A stretch of DNA of 64,000 nucleotides, taken from Podarcis pityusensis (taxonomy: Eukaryota). The DNA lies in assembly GCA_964106645.2 (NCBI GenBank), contig OZ067042.1. One strand, written 5' to 3'. Below are positions 12,042 through 24,478 of this stretch, piece by piece; position 1 is the stretch's first letter, and each line of letters starts with the position of its first letter. The notes below the pieces were generated by a model. That model worked only from the letters and a program-made list of their open reading frames with translations. It ran no database searches and was not told the origin of the DNA. The position numbers and the translations under genes were made by a program.

Positions 12042-14739
12042 TTGCAATAAAATACCTATCGACTAATGACAAACACCACAAAGGGTAAAAGGGTAGCTGT
12101 TTCTTGCATATAACAGATAAAGAAAAAGAGAAAATATTCCAGCACACAGGCAAGAAGATAGGTAAATCTTTCTCAAGTGACACGGGGAAGAAATCAGTGT
12201 AACTCTTAAGGAGATTGTTCATTTAAAAATGAAACCTTGTAGTGGAAAAGTATAGGTGCCTCTGTTGTGCTTTAAGTTGTCTCACCTCATCATTTTATAT
12301 ATAGGGGTTCAACAACAAACTAAATTATGCCCACTGACCTTGCCACCTTCTAGTCTGACTCAAGAACTGGCCATTCTTACATACTTGTTGCATAGAATGA
12401 TAAATGTGAAGCACTTAATATTTGGCATTTTTCTTAAGAGTGTTCGTGATGTTAGTACAATATTAGGAAACCCCTACAGATATGATTAGCCAGAGATTCT
12501 ACCAATATCAATCTCAGCCTTATTAAGATGGTAATCAGAGGCTGAAGCAAGGAAGTAAGAAGGAGAATAACTCCCAAATAATCAGGCACTTTTGCCTCAT
12601 CCTGTTTCATCTGGACATAAGAAGTCACATAAGAGCATCACGAGTACAGTTCTTGAAACTCATTCATTCTACATTAATAAACTAAGATAAACAGAGTTGT
12701 AGAATTAGGCAAGAAACCTGGAAATACTAACTTTCAGCTACTTTAATTGGGAAAGTTTTTTTAAAACAAAGGATGCTGTGCAGTCGTCTTCTCAATGGAT
12801 TTTCAGCACTTGAATATGAGACCACTTGCAAGAAATTCCTGAACAGCTAACACTGAAGGAATTGTATTACTTGGCGGTTAACTTCAGCAGGACTCTGTAT
12901 GGGCACCAGAGTCTCCCATATGGATCCAATTGCAGGATCAAGGAGATAGCTGTTAAGTGAAAACTTAAAACAATGTTTATAGAATTCTGCATTTGTAACC
13001 ATTTCCTTTATATGTTGCCTTTACTTAATATGGCACCAAGAGTACCACACCAGAGGGTATGGCAGAATATTGCTACATTTATGACAACAGCAATGTTTTC
13101 TCTACAATACTGGGTTTACTATGCACACAGGTGTCACCAAACTCATACAAGCTCCACATTTTGCAGGGCCAAGGGAGATTAATATTCACCAAAGCGAAAC
13201 CACACAAATATAAATATTTAAGTGTCTAGGTTTATGTAGGAAGTCTTAAAAAAATTCTTTTACTGAGGCGAGGCAAAAGATTGCTAACATCTCAGTGGTT
13301 AAAACAAGAATATTTTCATCCTGCTTGAATGCCTTTTTTTTCTTTTCTTTAAAAAAGTTAGCTGTTTCTCAAGAGGGCACATGAGTGCCCCCGGAGGAGC
13401 ATATTTCTCTCTGAAATAAAAGACCCTTCCTCTTTTTCAATTAAAAAGCAGTATGCTCTCCCTAGCTCCACAGAGACAGCAAGAAAAGAACAGATTAACC
13501 TTCGGAGCGCCTACATTGTGTGACAAATCCTTGTTTACCCTCTCCCCACCCTACATACAATAGCATGACCGCAAGGTTCTTTCTGTGAGCTAAGGAACCC
13601 ATTAGGTATTAGGCAATGAAGAGATTACAGTCAAAATGGCATCCCCAGCTGACAGGAAACATTGGAGGATTTTTGTTTGGTTTGGGTTTTTTTTGCTTCA
13701 GATCACTTAAGCCTAAGAAGAAATGCCTAGTCCAGGTGCTCCTTTCCACTGGTTTCTTTATTTAATAAAACCTTGGTCCTCTAAGGGATAACAGCTTACT
13801 TCTTGCCCTATGTTTCTTTGCCAGAGTTACTGTAGTCAAGGGCTTCCCACCACACAGAAGGACAGGAGTTTGGAATTATGGAACGAAGGGGTTGAAAGAG
13901 AGAGAAAGGAAGCAACCTTTTCTGAATGCATGCAGACCCCAGATTATGCTTGGAGGCTGCTTTAAAAGAATTTACATAGTGAACCGTTAACATGCAGTGC
14001 CTCATTAGGGCCATTCAGTCTACACTACCACAAACATACACAAGAGAGCGAGTTTTTAGTACCAGAGAAAGTATTCCACACCACAATGCATCACATAGGG
14101 ATAGTCCCCATGTAGAGCAAATTCCACCTGGTAGCTGTATCAGGTTCATCAGTTCCAGCCAGCGTCCCTTGATGTTGCATTCCCAAATGTTATTTAAGGT
14201 CTGTGTTCACCCTTCACACATTAACTGTTCATTACACATGCAGAAGGCACTACCAGGCTTTTTAAAACAACCCCTAATGCTTATCACCAACACTGTGCAC
14301 GGGGTCCCACTCTTGCAATGGGACTTCCCTTTTCTCTGCATGCACACCCTCAGAATCTGCTCCAGAGGGTCCTCTAGGGAGAGGAACATTCCATCACAGA
14401 AGTGGAAGCCTTCTGCACAAGCAAAACAGCAGTGAGGTATACAACCCCACATGTAGCTGGAACATAAGTAGTCTCTCAACCAAGCCCTGGGCAGATCCAA
14501 ACTCCTTAGCTCGGGTATGTTGGTCTAGCCTCAGAAGCCCTGAGACGAGAAAACTGGCTGTACATGAGTCTGGAGCTGGAGAAAAACACTCAGCATGTGC
14601 TCAAGACGCACTTCCTTACTATCACACGTGCTTTAGGACTCAGAGCATCCTTAAACAAACAAAAATCCTGAAGGGCCCAGAATCAGCTTAAAGCAAAACC
14701 TGGCATATAAAGAGTCCAGGAGTCGGTTCTAGTTGAATC

Positions 14740-15650
14740 CGGCAGAGAAAGGAACGGAGCCAGGATCGGACCCGCAAGGTAAAGGGAGGAACCAAGAGAG
14801 AATCTGACGGAGCTGGGCACGCGCGCTGGCTTCTTTTCGGAGCCCCAGCTGCGCAGGTGATCTGGTGAAGCTGCGCCCCTGGCTTGGCCAACCGGCTTGC
14901 TTTGCGCGCTCGCTCGCTCGCTTACCCACAGCCCTGATGAGGAAGCCCTTGGGCGGGCGCAGCGCCCTGCGAAGCCAGGCGTCGCGGAGGAGCTGCAGCG
15001 GGGCGGCGGGGCCCTGCAGCAAGAGCACGCCGCCCCGTAGCCAGCCCTGCAGCCACACCCGCGACACGGCGCGCGCCAGACCGCCGTTCCAGTAGCAGGC
15101 GGCGTTGGCGCGCCGGAACGCCTGGAAGACGGCCGCGCCGCTCGCCTCGTCGCTGCAGCTCTCCGCCTCGGGCTCGCCCGGGGCAGCAGCAGCCGCCGCC
15201 GCCTCTTCTCCCTCCTCCTCGTGGTGCTGGTGCTGCTGCAGGCGGCGCAACACCAGGGCCAGAGAGCTCGGCGCCAGCTGCACGGCGCGCCGAGGCGGCC
15301 GCGACATCCTGGAGGTGCCTCAGGCTCTGCCCGTTATTCCCGCCGCTACTGCGGTCGCTACCAAGCGAACCGAGCCCTTGCTGGCAGGGGGCGGGGAAAG
15401 AGCGGGCCTGTCTCCACACGGTGGGCAGGGCCTGCCGGAGAGCCGCTGCTGCGGCCCGACCCCCCTGCCCGCCTCTGGAAATGGCAGGTCCTGCTCCCCT
15501 TCAGTCAGGCTCCGACCCTATGAGCGCGCGCGCGCGCCTGCCTGGGAACAAACGCCGCCGAAGCCGCGGCGGGAACATGGCTCGTTAAGTTGCGTTGAAC
15601 ATCCTCGAAGGGCCGTAGGCAAATGAGGTCGCGCGGACGTTTTCTTGCCA
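14740..15650. promoter_or_regulatory. STOX1 CpG island / promoter
   Basis: Dense CpG and GC over exon 1 and upstream; GC box GGGGCGGGG at about 15387-15395. Confidence 0.85.
14926..15307 (-). CDS. STOX1: STOX1 (storkhead box 1) exon 1
   Basis: [20 protein letters not shown]...[38 protein letters not shown]...[21 protein letters not shown] matches the STOX1 N-terminus; donor G|GTAAG at 14925; 382 nt, phase 1. Confidence 0.95.
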
Positions 15651-18387
15651 GGCTGCCAAAGGGCAGGTCCTCACCAGGGTCGGGTTGCTAGGGCTTCTTG
15701 AGGGAGGTTCTCAGCACTTGGGACCCAAAACCATCCAGGACCTTGTGCGCCAGTATATATATCATGCTTTAAAAACATGCAGCACCATCAGCCAATTTTT
15801 AGCTGTTCAAAGACCAAAGGTACTGCTAGAGTAGAAAGTGTCCTCGTCACAATACTTTGACACATCAGACATGCACAAAACACAAGTGATGCAGAATGGG
15901 CTAATGCTGAGAACAGAAATGTTTATGTACCTTCGTCATGACGAGATAATTGCATGCTATTGGCTCCTTTTTTATTTCTGTGTGATTTTTGGAACTGGGA
16001 ATTGTTTTTAAAGTGTTCGGCTGATTTGCAGAATACTTCAGCATTCTGAGCTGAACTTCAATTTAGTTGTTTGGGTTCTGTGAGCGTCCTTCCACCATGT
16101 TGGTTTTTTAAAGTGTATATATATATTTAGTTGAGATTTTTACAGTTGAGATTGAGAAAGAAGTGTTTTGTGATGATGACCATAATAGAAACTTTGTGTT
16201 GCTGTCATTCATATTTTTATATCCAGCTGGAAGATTACATTCTTGAAAAACCAGCATGCACATCTTACGCTCCAAAGCTTTTGTACTTTATTACATCTGC
16301 ACTTACATTAAATTAATCCCGTCCATTTAGGAAGCTATTGACATAGTACATTAGGATTTTAAAAGGATCTTTATATGAAATTGCTCACATTTTCTTACAC
16401 AATAAGAAGCTTTAACAGCTGTTTAGTTGCAGGATATACTTAGTGGCATAAGGGTAAGTAGTGATGTGTTACTCAACCATTCCTACTTCATTTATTATTT
16501 TTCTACCTACTTTTAACATCAAAACTATATATAATATGCTGGGAGAAGTGTTAGAATGGGTGCATTGTTATTTGTCCCTGTCCCTCCCCCCCCCCCCGAT
16601 TTTAAAATAATAATGCAACTCAAGCAGAACAGACCCAGTTAACACTTGGGGGGTGGGGGAGAAGCAGGGCATCTTTGCCTAAGTTGACAGTTAATTAAAA
16701 CTATAGTCCTATGGGAATAAATCCCAGTGAACTGTGAAGTGAGATTTATTTCTGAGTAAACATGTACTGTATAGAATTGGGCTGTAATCTTAACCAGATT
16801 TTCTAGGGAGTAAGCGCCATTAAACTCAGTAGGATTTATTTCCAGGTTTGGCAACTGAAGGTTTTTGGGGCTTTCACCACCGTGAGCTCTGGAAGCAAGC
16901 TTTTAATACAGCTGTTTAAATATTTTCTTGATTATCCAAAAATGTTAATAGTTGTATTGGTTTTGAGGATTTTTGTTTTTATTGTATATATTGTACACCA
17001 CCTTGTACATCCTAGCACATGTCCACTGCATAATGTAAGGTGTCACCACAAGCACCAGTGTCTTAAGTAGCAAATACAACTGCCTGCACATAAAATGAAT
17101 TGGTCCTTACATGTTCCAGTCCTAAATGAACTTATGGTGATATCCAACTAGGTTTACTCAAAGCAAACCAATGGGCCTAAGTCAGTTATGTACTCATGTT
17201 CATTAATTTCAATGGATCTACTCTGAGTAGGACTAGCATTGGGTACAACCCATAGTTTCAAACAAGCTCTGTGGCTGTCAGTAGCCGTTACTAAGACAAA
17301 AATATGCTTAGGATCAAAATGTTAAGAGATAATGATCCCACTGTGAAAACCACAATCTTAAACCTGCTTACTCAGGAGTAAGCACCAGTGGATTCAATAG
17401 GACTCACTTCTGAATAGACATAGTTAGAAGAATGCTGTAAAGTTAGATGTAATAAGATGGTGCTGTGGTTAGATTGTGCTGGAAGTTGTTCAGATGTTTT
17501 ATTCTTTTTGCAAACCACCTTGAGGGCTTTTTTTTTTTACAATCAGGCAGTGTATAAATTTTGTGAAATGAAGTAACTTATTTGTAAAGCTGTATTATTA
17601 CATCTAAACAGGATTTTAAACTGAGAAAAGGCCAATCCTATGGCACATTGTGCTAACAAAGCAGTTGGCATAAATACTGCTGCTGAAGGGTTAAAGACTC
17701 AGCATTGGGCGCTGAGCCAGTATCTTGTGTTTGTGCCCCATTTGTCAAGAGGGTGGTCATATGTCCTCCTAAAAAGCTGAAGTCTCAGCCCTAAGCTTAT
17801 CTATTCAGTAAAAGTATCCAGATACATTTTAGCTTCCAACAAAGGGAACGGGGAGGCTTTCCAATTATGGCACACTCCACATTTGTTATGGATAGATGCT
17901 TATATGGGTCAGATATGTCCCTATATTTAATGATACTTGCCAAGTATTACAATTGGAAGAATAAGAAAAAGGACCAACCCAAGTATTTCTGTTCTAATCA
18001 GGACTTAGCACAAAACGGTAGAAATGTAATTTTTTTATACACGTGTTTGGTTCTTTTCCTCTTATAGTTAAATACAATGATGATACTTCTTTTGAAACAT
18101 AGCAATCAAGCCACCTCCCATCTTCCAATCCTTTAATTAAAAAATAATTTTAATAATCTAAGCCTGCACTATCTGGCACTTTGGTCTCCAATGATATAGA
18201 AGTTGAATTTGTGGCAACACATTTGGCTTTTTTATGCAAATATGGCTGGCTGTTAGCCAATTCCTTCTCAAGTGTAGCTGAGAAAATGGGATAATTATTC
18301 TGTAGGCTTTTCTGTTCTTCAGATGACAAGAAAGCCTATTCAAATCACTCCTTCTACTGGTGTGTCCTACATGCAAATGCACTAGAT

Positions 18388-18533
18388 CAGTGCTTCCCAA
18401 ACTTAGGTCTCCATCTGTTGTTGTTTTTTTTTGGACTACAATTCCCATCATCCCTGACCACTGTTCCTGTTAACTAGGAATGATGGAAGTTGTAGTCCAA
18501 AAACAGATTATGACCCAAGTTTGGGAAACACTG
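18388..18533. mobile_element. hAT-type palindromic MITE, related family
   Basis: TIR CAGTG(C/T)TTCCCAAACTT (16/17); internal GGACTACAATTCCCATCATCCC arm. Confidence 0.85.
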
Positions 18534-18535
18534 TA

Positions 18536-18883
18536 AAAGGTTAAGGTAAAGGGACCCCTGACCATTAGGTCCAGTCGTGGGCGACTCTGGGGTTGCGGCG
18601 CTCATCTCGCTTTATTGGCCTAGGGAGCTGGCGTACAGCTTCCGGGTCATGTGGCCAGCATGACTAAGCCGCTTCTGGCAAACCAGAGCAGCGCACGGAA
18701 ACGCAGTTTACCTTCCCGCCGGAGTGGTACCTATTTATCTACTTGCACTTTGACGTGCTTTTGAACTGCTAGGTTGGCAGGAGCTGGGACCGAACAACAG
18801 GAGCTCACCGTCACGGGGATTCAAACCGCCAACCTTCTGATCGGCAAGTCCTAGGCTCTGTGGTTTAACCCACAGCGCCACCC
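18536..18883 (-). mobile_element. Sauria SINE inserted at the end of a hAT MITE
   Basis: Same family; TSD GGGAAACACTGTA (18523-18535 / 18884-18896). Confidence 0.92.
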
Positions 18884-19191
18884 GGGAAACACTGTACTAG
18901 GTGCCAAAATGTGAAGCGGTGAATATGCATACAAATACCTGAGGGATGAAAGGGGCACAGGAGGAAGAGCCCCGACTACCCAAAGATGCCTCCACCTGGC
19001 AGAGATCAAGGGCACACACACACACACACACACTGCTCTAGGATTGTGGGGAACACTTACGACAGAGTAGTGCAGAAGCATGAACGCATATTAGTGATGC
19101 CACCCAGAGTCTCATGAAGGAGCAATTGAGTTCATAGTCCAACTTTCCCTCTTCCAGCCACCCTTTAACTGGTAAGGGGGCTGTTCCTTCA

Positions 19192-19319
19192 CAGGTCGGG
19201 AATCTGTGGTCTTGCGTATGTTTTTGTCCTCTAACTTTCATCAGCCCTATGGCCAATGGTCAGAGATAATGGAAGTTACAGTCCAGCAACATCTGAAGGA
19301 CCATCAGTTCTGTACCCTG
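19192..19319. mobile_element. Degenerate hAT-type palindromic MITE
   Basis: GGAAGTTACAGTCCAGCAACATCTGAAGG arm resembles the other copies. Confidence 0.55.
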
Positions 19320-19380
19320 AATGCCTTCTCGCACTTTAAAGAATCTGAAGGTAAATTGGATATACAGGTGGATCCAAATA

Positions 19381-19495
19381 CAGTGGTGCCTCGGGTTACA
19401 TACGCTTCAGGTTACAGATTCGGCTAACCCAGAAATAGTACCTCGGGTTAAGAATTTTGCTACAGGATGAGAACAGAAATCATGCTCCAGCGGTT
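19381..19495. mobile_element. Truncated Tc1/mariner-type MITE related to 50370-50596
   Basis: TA-CAGTGGTGCCTCGGGTTACATACGCTTCAGG, the reverse complement of the right arm of the 50370 element. Confidence 0.75.
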
Positions 19496-19701
19496 CTCTA
19501 CTTCTTTCCTTTAATTTTAATCCAGAAGTTTCACCCCAGCCATATGGAACACAATCTGAATATACGCTTACGTGTTTTTTATATAATTTTATGGTGCTTG
19601 GATCAAATAAAATAGTTAATCGAAAAACTAATGTGTAAAGTATGATAAACCAGCCAGTTTTCCTTATCCAAAAGCAAAATAAGATAATTCTGAAATGTTA
19701 A

Positions 19702-20040
19702 AAGGTAAAGGTACCCCTGACCATTAGGTCCAGTCGTGACCGACTCTGGGGTTGTGCGCTCATCTCACTCTATAGGCCGAAGGAGCTTCTGGGTCATGTG
19801 GCCAGCATGACTAAGCCGCTTCTGGCGAACCAGAGCAGCACACGGAAACGCCGTTTACCTTCCCGCCAGAGCGGTACCTATTTATCTACTTGCACTTTTG
19901 ACATGCTTTCGAACTGCTCGGTTGGCAGGAGCAGGGACTGAGCAACGGGAGCTCACCCCGTTGTGGGGATTCGAACCGCCGACCTTCTGATCGGCAAGTC
20001 CTAGGCTCTATGGTTTAACCCACAGGGCCACCCGCGTCCC
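19702..20040 (-). mobile_element. Full-length Sauria SINE
   Basis: GGGACGCGGGTGG head; TSD TCTGAAATGTTAA (19689-19701 / 20042-20054). Confidence 0.93.
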
Positions 20041-22081
20041 ATCTGAAATGTTAACTGCCAGTAAATATTGCTAAACCAAAAGGACTCCCTTTCACACGAA
20101 GGACCCAACACATCAAAACACTCATTATCAAAGAAAAGTGGCAAAATTTTGCAAATTAATACTTATTCTAACCAGGTTCTTAGAAAGTAGTTTTTCTGTG
20201 TTTGGCTGCCCCTTAAAGGAGTCAAGTTAATAAAAAAAGAAAGGCGAAGAGGGGACTAATTTTAATTTAAAGTAGAAGTCTCTCACATTGCTATTTATGT
20301 ATGATAGCAAAGCACTCAGAACAAGAATATGCAGCAAACAATTCCTCCCTGAAATCCAGACTTCTCTCTCTCTACACTATTTGTAGTGATTGAGTAAGTA
20401 GTGATCCTTTTAAGACTTTTCTTTTTCTTGTAATCTGGATTCAGTTTCAAAGTTGGGACATCAGTATGTGCCTTTCTTTCCTTTCATTCTTAATGCAATT
20501 TACGAGAGGCATTTACGCTTATTCATCTTAATGGTCTGCCCTCTGTTTTTCTATCCGGCTGATTTAATACAATTGCACCTAATGAATGTCAATGCGGAAC
20601 TAGAAAGGTAGAATCCATGGGTTATGTCCTTTTATATTGTAAATTGTATAAAGGAGGCCTTAGAAGCTGACTTTTCCTTTTATTAAGAACACAGCCTGGA
20701 ATACCTACAAAACCATCTTTCTGTTTAAGGGATCACCCTCCTATGCCACCGAAAAATTCAATTTTAAACTTTGAACACAAATTAGGAAGCAGATGGTAAG
20801 GAACTCTTTGGCTCCTCTGTGACGATCATTATTTTCATTGTGTAATTTTTAAAATAAAATTTATATACACTTTGTTGTAGGAAAACTTCTAAACTCTTTA
20901 TAAGAAATACACAAAGTATCAATAAACAGCTGAAACAATGAAGCATTTTAAAATAATTAAAATTAACCAAAAAAAATTAAAAGTATGTCAGCATCTACAT
21001 GTCTGGATAGTCCTGCAAAAACAAAGAGTAGAGCGAAGGTTTCTACCTGATGTCGAGCATTCCAAAGTGTAGGTGCTGCCACACTAAAAGACTGAATATT
21101 TACAATTGCTGAGCAAGTATTTTGTGGCACCAGTAACAGCACCAGTTAAGGTCTTTTTATACCTTGGACTTGGCTTGGTAACAAATCTGCAACCAGTGCA
21201 GATCTGTGAGCAAAGGTGCCTTTCCTGTCAGCAACTGTGCTGCAGCATTTTGCACTAACTACAGTTTCCAGGCCAAGCACAAGAGAAACCCCACAGTAAT
21301 ACAATATTGAAGTCGCCTGAACCACGGTGGTCAAATTCTCTGGGTCCAGGAATGATCATAGCAGGTGCAGCTGGTAAAAGGCACTTCTCGCCACTGAGGC
21401 TATTTGCACCAACTATTATTGGTCTGTGAATTTAATAATAATCAGAATAGATTTAATAATTTAACAGTCCTATCCTCAACAGAGATTGCTAAGAGTGGGC
21501 GGGCGGGCTAGCAAGCCTAAAACAAACTTCCTCTATCAAAACAGGTAACTTCTTTATATGAAGATATGATGTACCTCCTTGCATGTGCAATAGAAACACA
21601 ACTTAAGGACAAGCAAAATGAACTGGGTTTTCCATCTGTTTAGAAAACAAATTTAGCATAATAAACTTATAATACTGAAAAAGACACTAACTGCAGCAGC
21701 TGTTACAAGAAGGGGGGAAGCAGTTAGCTGCAGCATCTTGGAAAAGAAGGTACACGCTACAAGACAGGTATGCACCTTGCTATAGCCCTGGATTTGCAAT
21801 TCTGATATGAATTCCATGACAGAGCCAACTAATTTGGAGCACTGCTATAGCATAAGCATCAAATGCATTGTTTTTGGCATTTATATGCCACCCTATAAAA
21901 CAAAGATCTCTGGGCCATGTACAGTAAAAAGCAATGCATGATATCCAGTGTTGTGCAAATGAACATGACAATACTTCCCTCCCCCAAGCCTCTCACACAA
22001 CCCCCCAAATTTGCTTCAAAGGCTCTCCCCACCTTGGGGGACTACAAGGGGAAGAAGGGAAAGTTCTACTGTGCAAGCTGA

Positions 22082-22123
22082 AATACCATTAGATGTCACC
22101 CAATACCATTAGATGTCACCCAA
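22082..22123. repeat. Tandem duplication, 20-bp unit x2
   Basis: AATACCATTAGATGTCACCC repeated twice. Confidence 0.95.
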
Positions 22124-23189
22124 AGTAAATCTGAAATGAAAGCATGCAATCAAAGCAAATTAAATACCACATTAAGAACAGAGCACGCAACACCTCCAAG
22201 ATGTGAATAGTCTTCACTGTAGTGTGTGTGGGTTTTTTTTAAAGGAAATGCGCAAACTTTGTGGTGTTTGATCTGCAGCGGATATTTCACACTTACAAAT
22301 CATCACATATGTCCATGTGAAGGAGCATTCAAGGCTTTGACAGTAGTCTCTCTCCCCTGTCCTCCGGATAATCCTTTAAAATTCAGAATGTCAACCTACA
22401 AAGGGGGCTTTCCCATTTTTAAATGTCACAGGAAACAGGAAGGCAAATATGCAAACACGTGAGTAAAAGGAGGGAAGCAACAACCCAAATCTCACTAAAA
22501 GACATTTACATTTCATAGGCTCAGGCTTACAGAAGCCAGACATTAAAACTGCATGTAAAAAATGTTAATCCCGAGGAAAAACAAGGAGGACCAGAGGCAG
22601 CAAAATAATTATGCAAGGTTGCGGACTATAGACTCCTTACTTCCACCCCCACCCCCAATCACATATTGTTTGCTGCAGATGTACCAGACCTTTTATTTAG
22701 GTCAATCACAAAAGCTGCCAACGTTACTACAGTACTGAGATAGAGTTATGGGTAAGAAATTAGGCCAACGAATACAGTTAATTCTGTACAGTTAAAGGGA
22801 TGAATAATAAAGGGGAGTGCTCTAAGCGGACTGCTTTTTATGTTTTCCTCTTCATGGGTTGCAACAGGTCTTCATGAACCATGAAACTAAATAGGTAGCA
22901 ACTAAGCAACAAGACTTGTATTTAAACAAACGACCAACAAAAGCTTTGAGCATTGCGGTGCCCCAGTTTTCTCCATTCTGTGTATGTTTTAACTGCATGG
23001 TGCTCAGCTTTCAAAATACCGGGCACATAAAGAAAAACTCCCATATTCTACAAATCAAAATCCAAGGCATTAAATTACCATTAAATTCTACACACCTAAC
23101 TTGGTTTGATCATAGCTTAGGAAAGCAGTGACGGTACACCATGTAACGATCAGTGTGTAGACCTTGCTACTGCACTGGTAGAAAGCCCA

Positions 23190-23460
23190 ACTGCTGCAAC
23201 CTTTTCCTCATCGGGGAGTTGCTCCACCTGCTTTAACATTTTGGTTGCCATTTCCTGAACCTTTTCCAGCTCTATGGTACTGTATCCTTTGTGAGGTGCA
23301 GCAACCAGAACTATACCTATTATTTCAGGTGCAGCTTTATTTTCAGTGCTTTCCCCAAGGTTCCCTAGCGCAGAATTTGCCTTTTTCTCCACAGCTGCCA
23401 CACACTTGGGTCAACATCTTCACTGAGTAGCCCATTACAACCCCAAGGTCATGTTCCTGC
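23190..23460 (-). mobile_element. CR1 LINE ORF2 3' fragment
   Basis: Degenerate translation AAVEKKANSALG...ELEKVQEMATKMLKQVEQLPDEEK resembles the CR1 ORF2 C-terminus. Confidence 0.75.
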
Positions 23461-24150
23461 TTAACTTGAGTAAAGCTCATGTACCTACACTCTCTCTCTT
23501 AAATACTCTCTCTCTTAAATAAAAATGCTATGTCACTTCTTAAATTTAGATCTTTTAAGAAGTTGTGTGAAAGGCACGTAATACTTTACTCACTTCCTGT
23601 GGACTTTTTGAAATCTTAATGAATTAACACTGGAAAATAAACAACCAGTTTAATGAGAGCCAATAAAAAAGTAGTAGCAATCCCCACGCCCACCCCCATA
23701 AAGAATTATAGTGACATCTACTGGCCAGTTATGCAATTGTACATTTTCATACTTAAGTGTTTGGTATATTAACGCAGTAATAATAAAAAATGTATAACAA
23801 AACAAATCTGTATTTTCATATAAATCCCAATTTACCATTCTGCTAAGTTCCTTACTATTTTTCTTAATCACTGGGCACCAAAACAGTAATAAGAACAACT
23901 TCCAAGTGAGAAGGTTTGATTTAAAGGGAAGAAACTGTGACAAGAAATTCAAAATTTTCTTTAAAAATCTTTACTTGCAAAATTAAGCAGCATGCTATGA
24001 TTTATACCTGAACTTAAAAAGGCTAATTAGACTAAAATAAAAACCTAAGAATGGCATTTCTATAAATAATGGGGGGAAAGTCTCCACTAGACTTTAAAAG
24101 GAAAACATTTGGTAATTAAATACTTGCTACTTTCCATTAAATTGATGAAC

Positions 24151-24156
24151 TTTATT
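24151..24156 (-). terminator. Probable CCAR1 polyadenylation signal AATAAA
   Basis: AATAAA on the minus strand about 270 nt downstream of the stop codon. Confidence 0.6.
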
Positions 24157-24424
24157 AGCATTCAAACTATAACGAAGTTTGCCCTAAAACATATTTGCAA
24201 TGCAAAATTATTTTCACTCAAGGAGTGTCTAATAAATTGAGAGCTATGAATTACAAGCAATGCTTTGAAGCAGGCTCGCACATTTATAAAACTTTTTACA
24301 TCCTTTGCTTGGACTAAGGTATTTATACTACTCAAATCAAACATGCACCACTTTCATACACTCCAGTTTCATGATTTATATTACATTATGTGACACCATA
24401 TTCCCCACAGCAGCAGCAAGTTTG

Positions 24425-24478
24425 TCATACATTTGCTCCATTTTCTTTGGATTTCTGATCTTCAATCTTCACAATATC
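24425..24478 (-). CDS. CCAR1: CCAR1 exon 25 coding part (DIVKIEDQKSKENGANV*)
   Basis: TTTTCTACAG acceptor; TGA at 24427-24425. Confidence 0.95.
   Translation of the reverse strand, partial: DIVKIEDQKSKENGANV

Noticed and set aside
14865-15626. Long overlapping ORFs (165-173 aa) on both strands around STOX1 exon 1
   Set aside because: Explained by stop-codon depletion in a GC-rich CpG island
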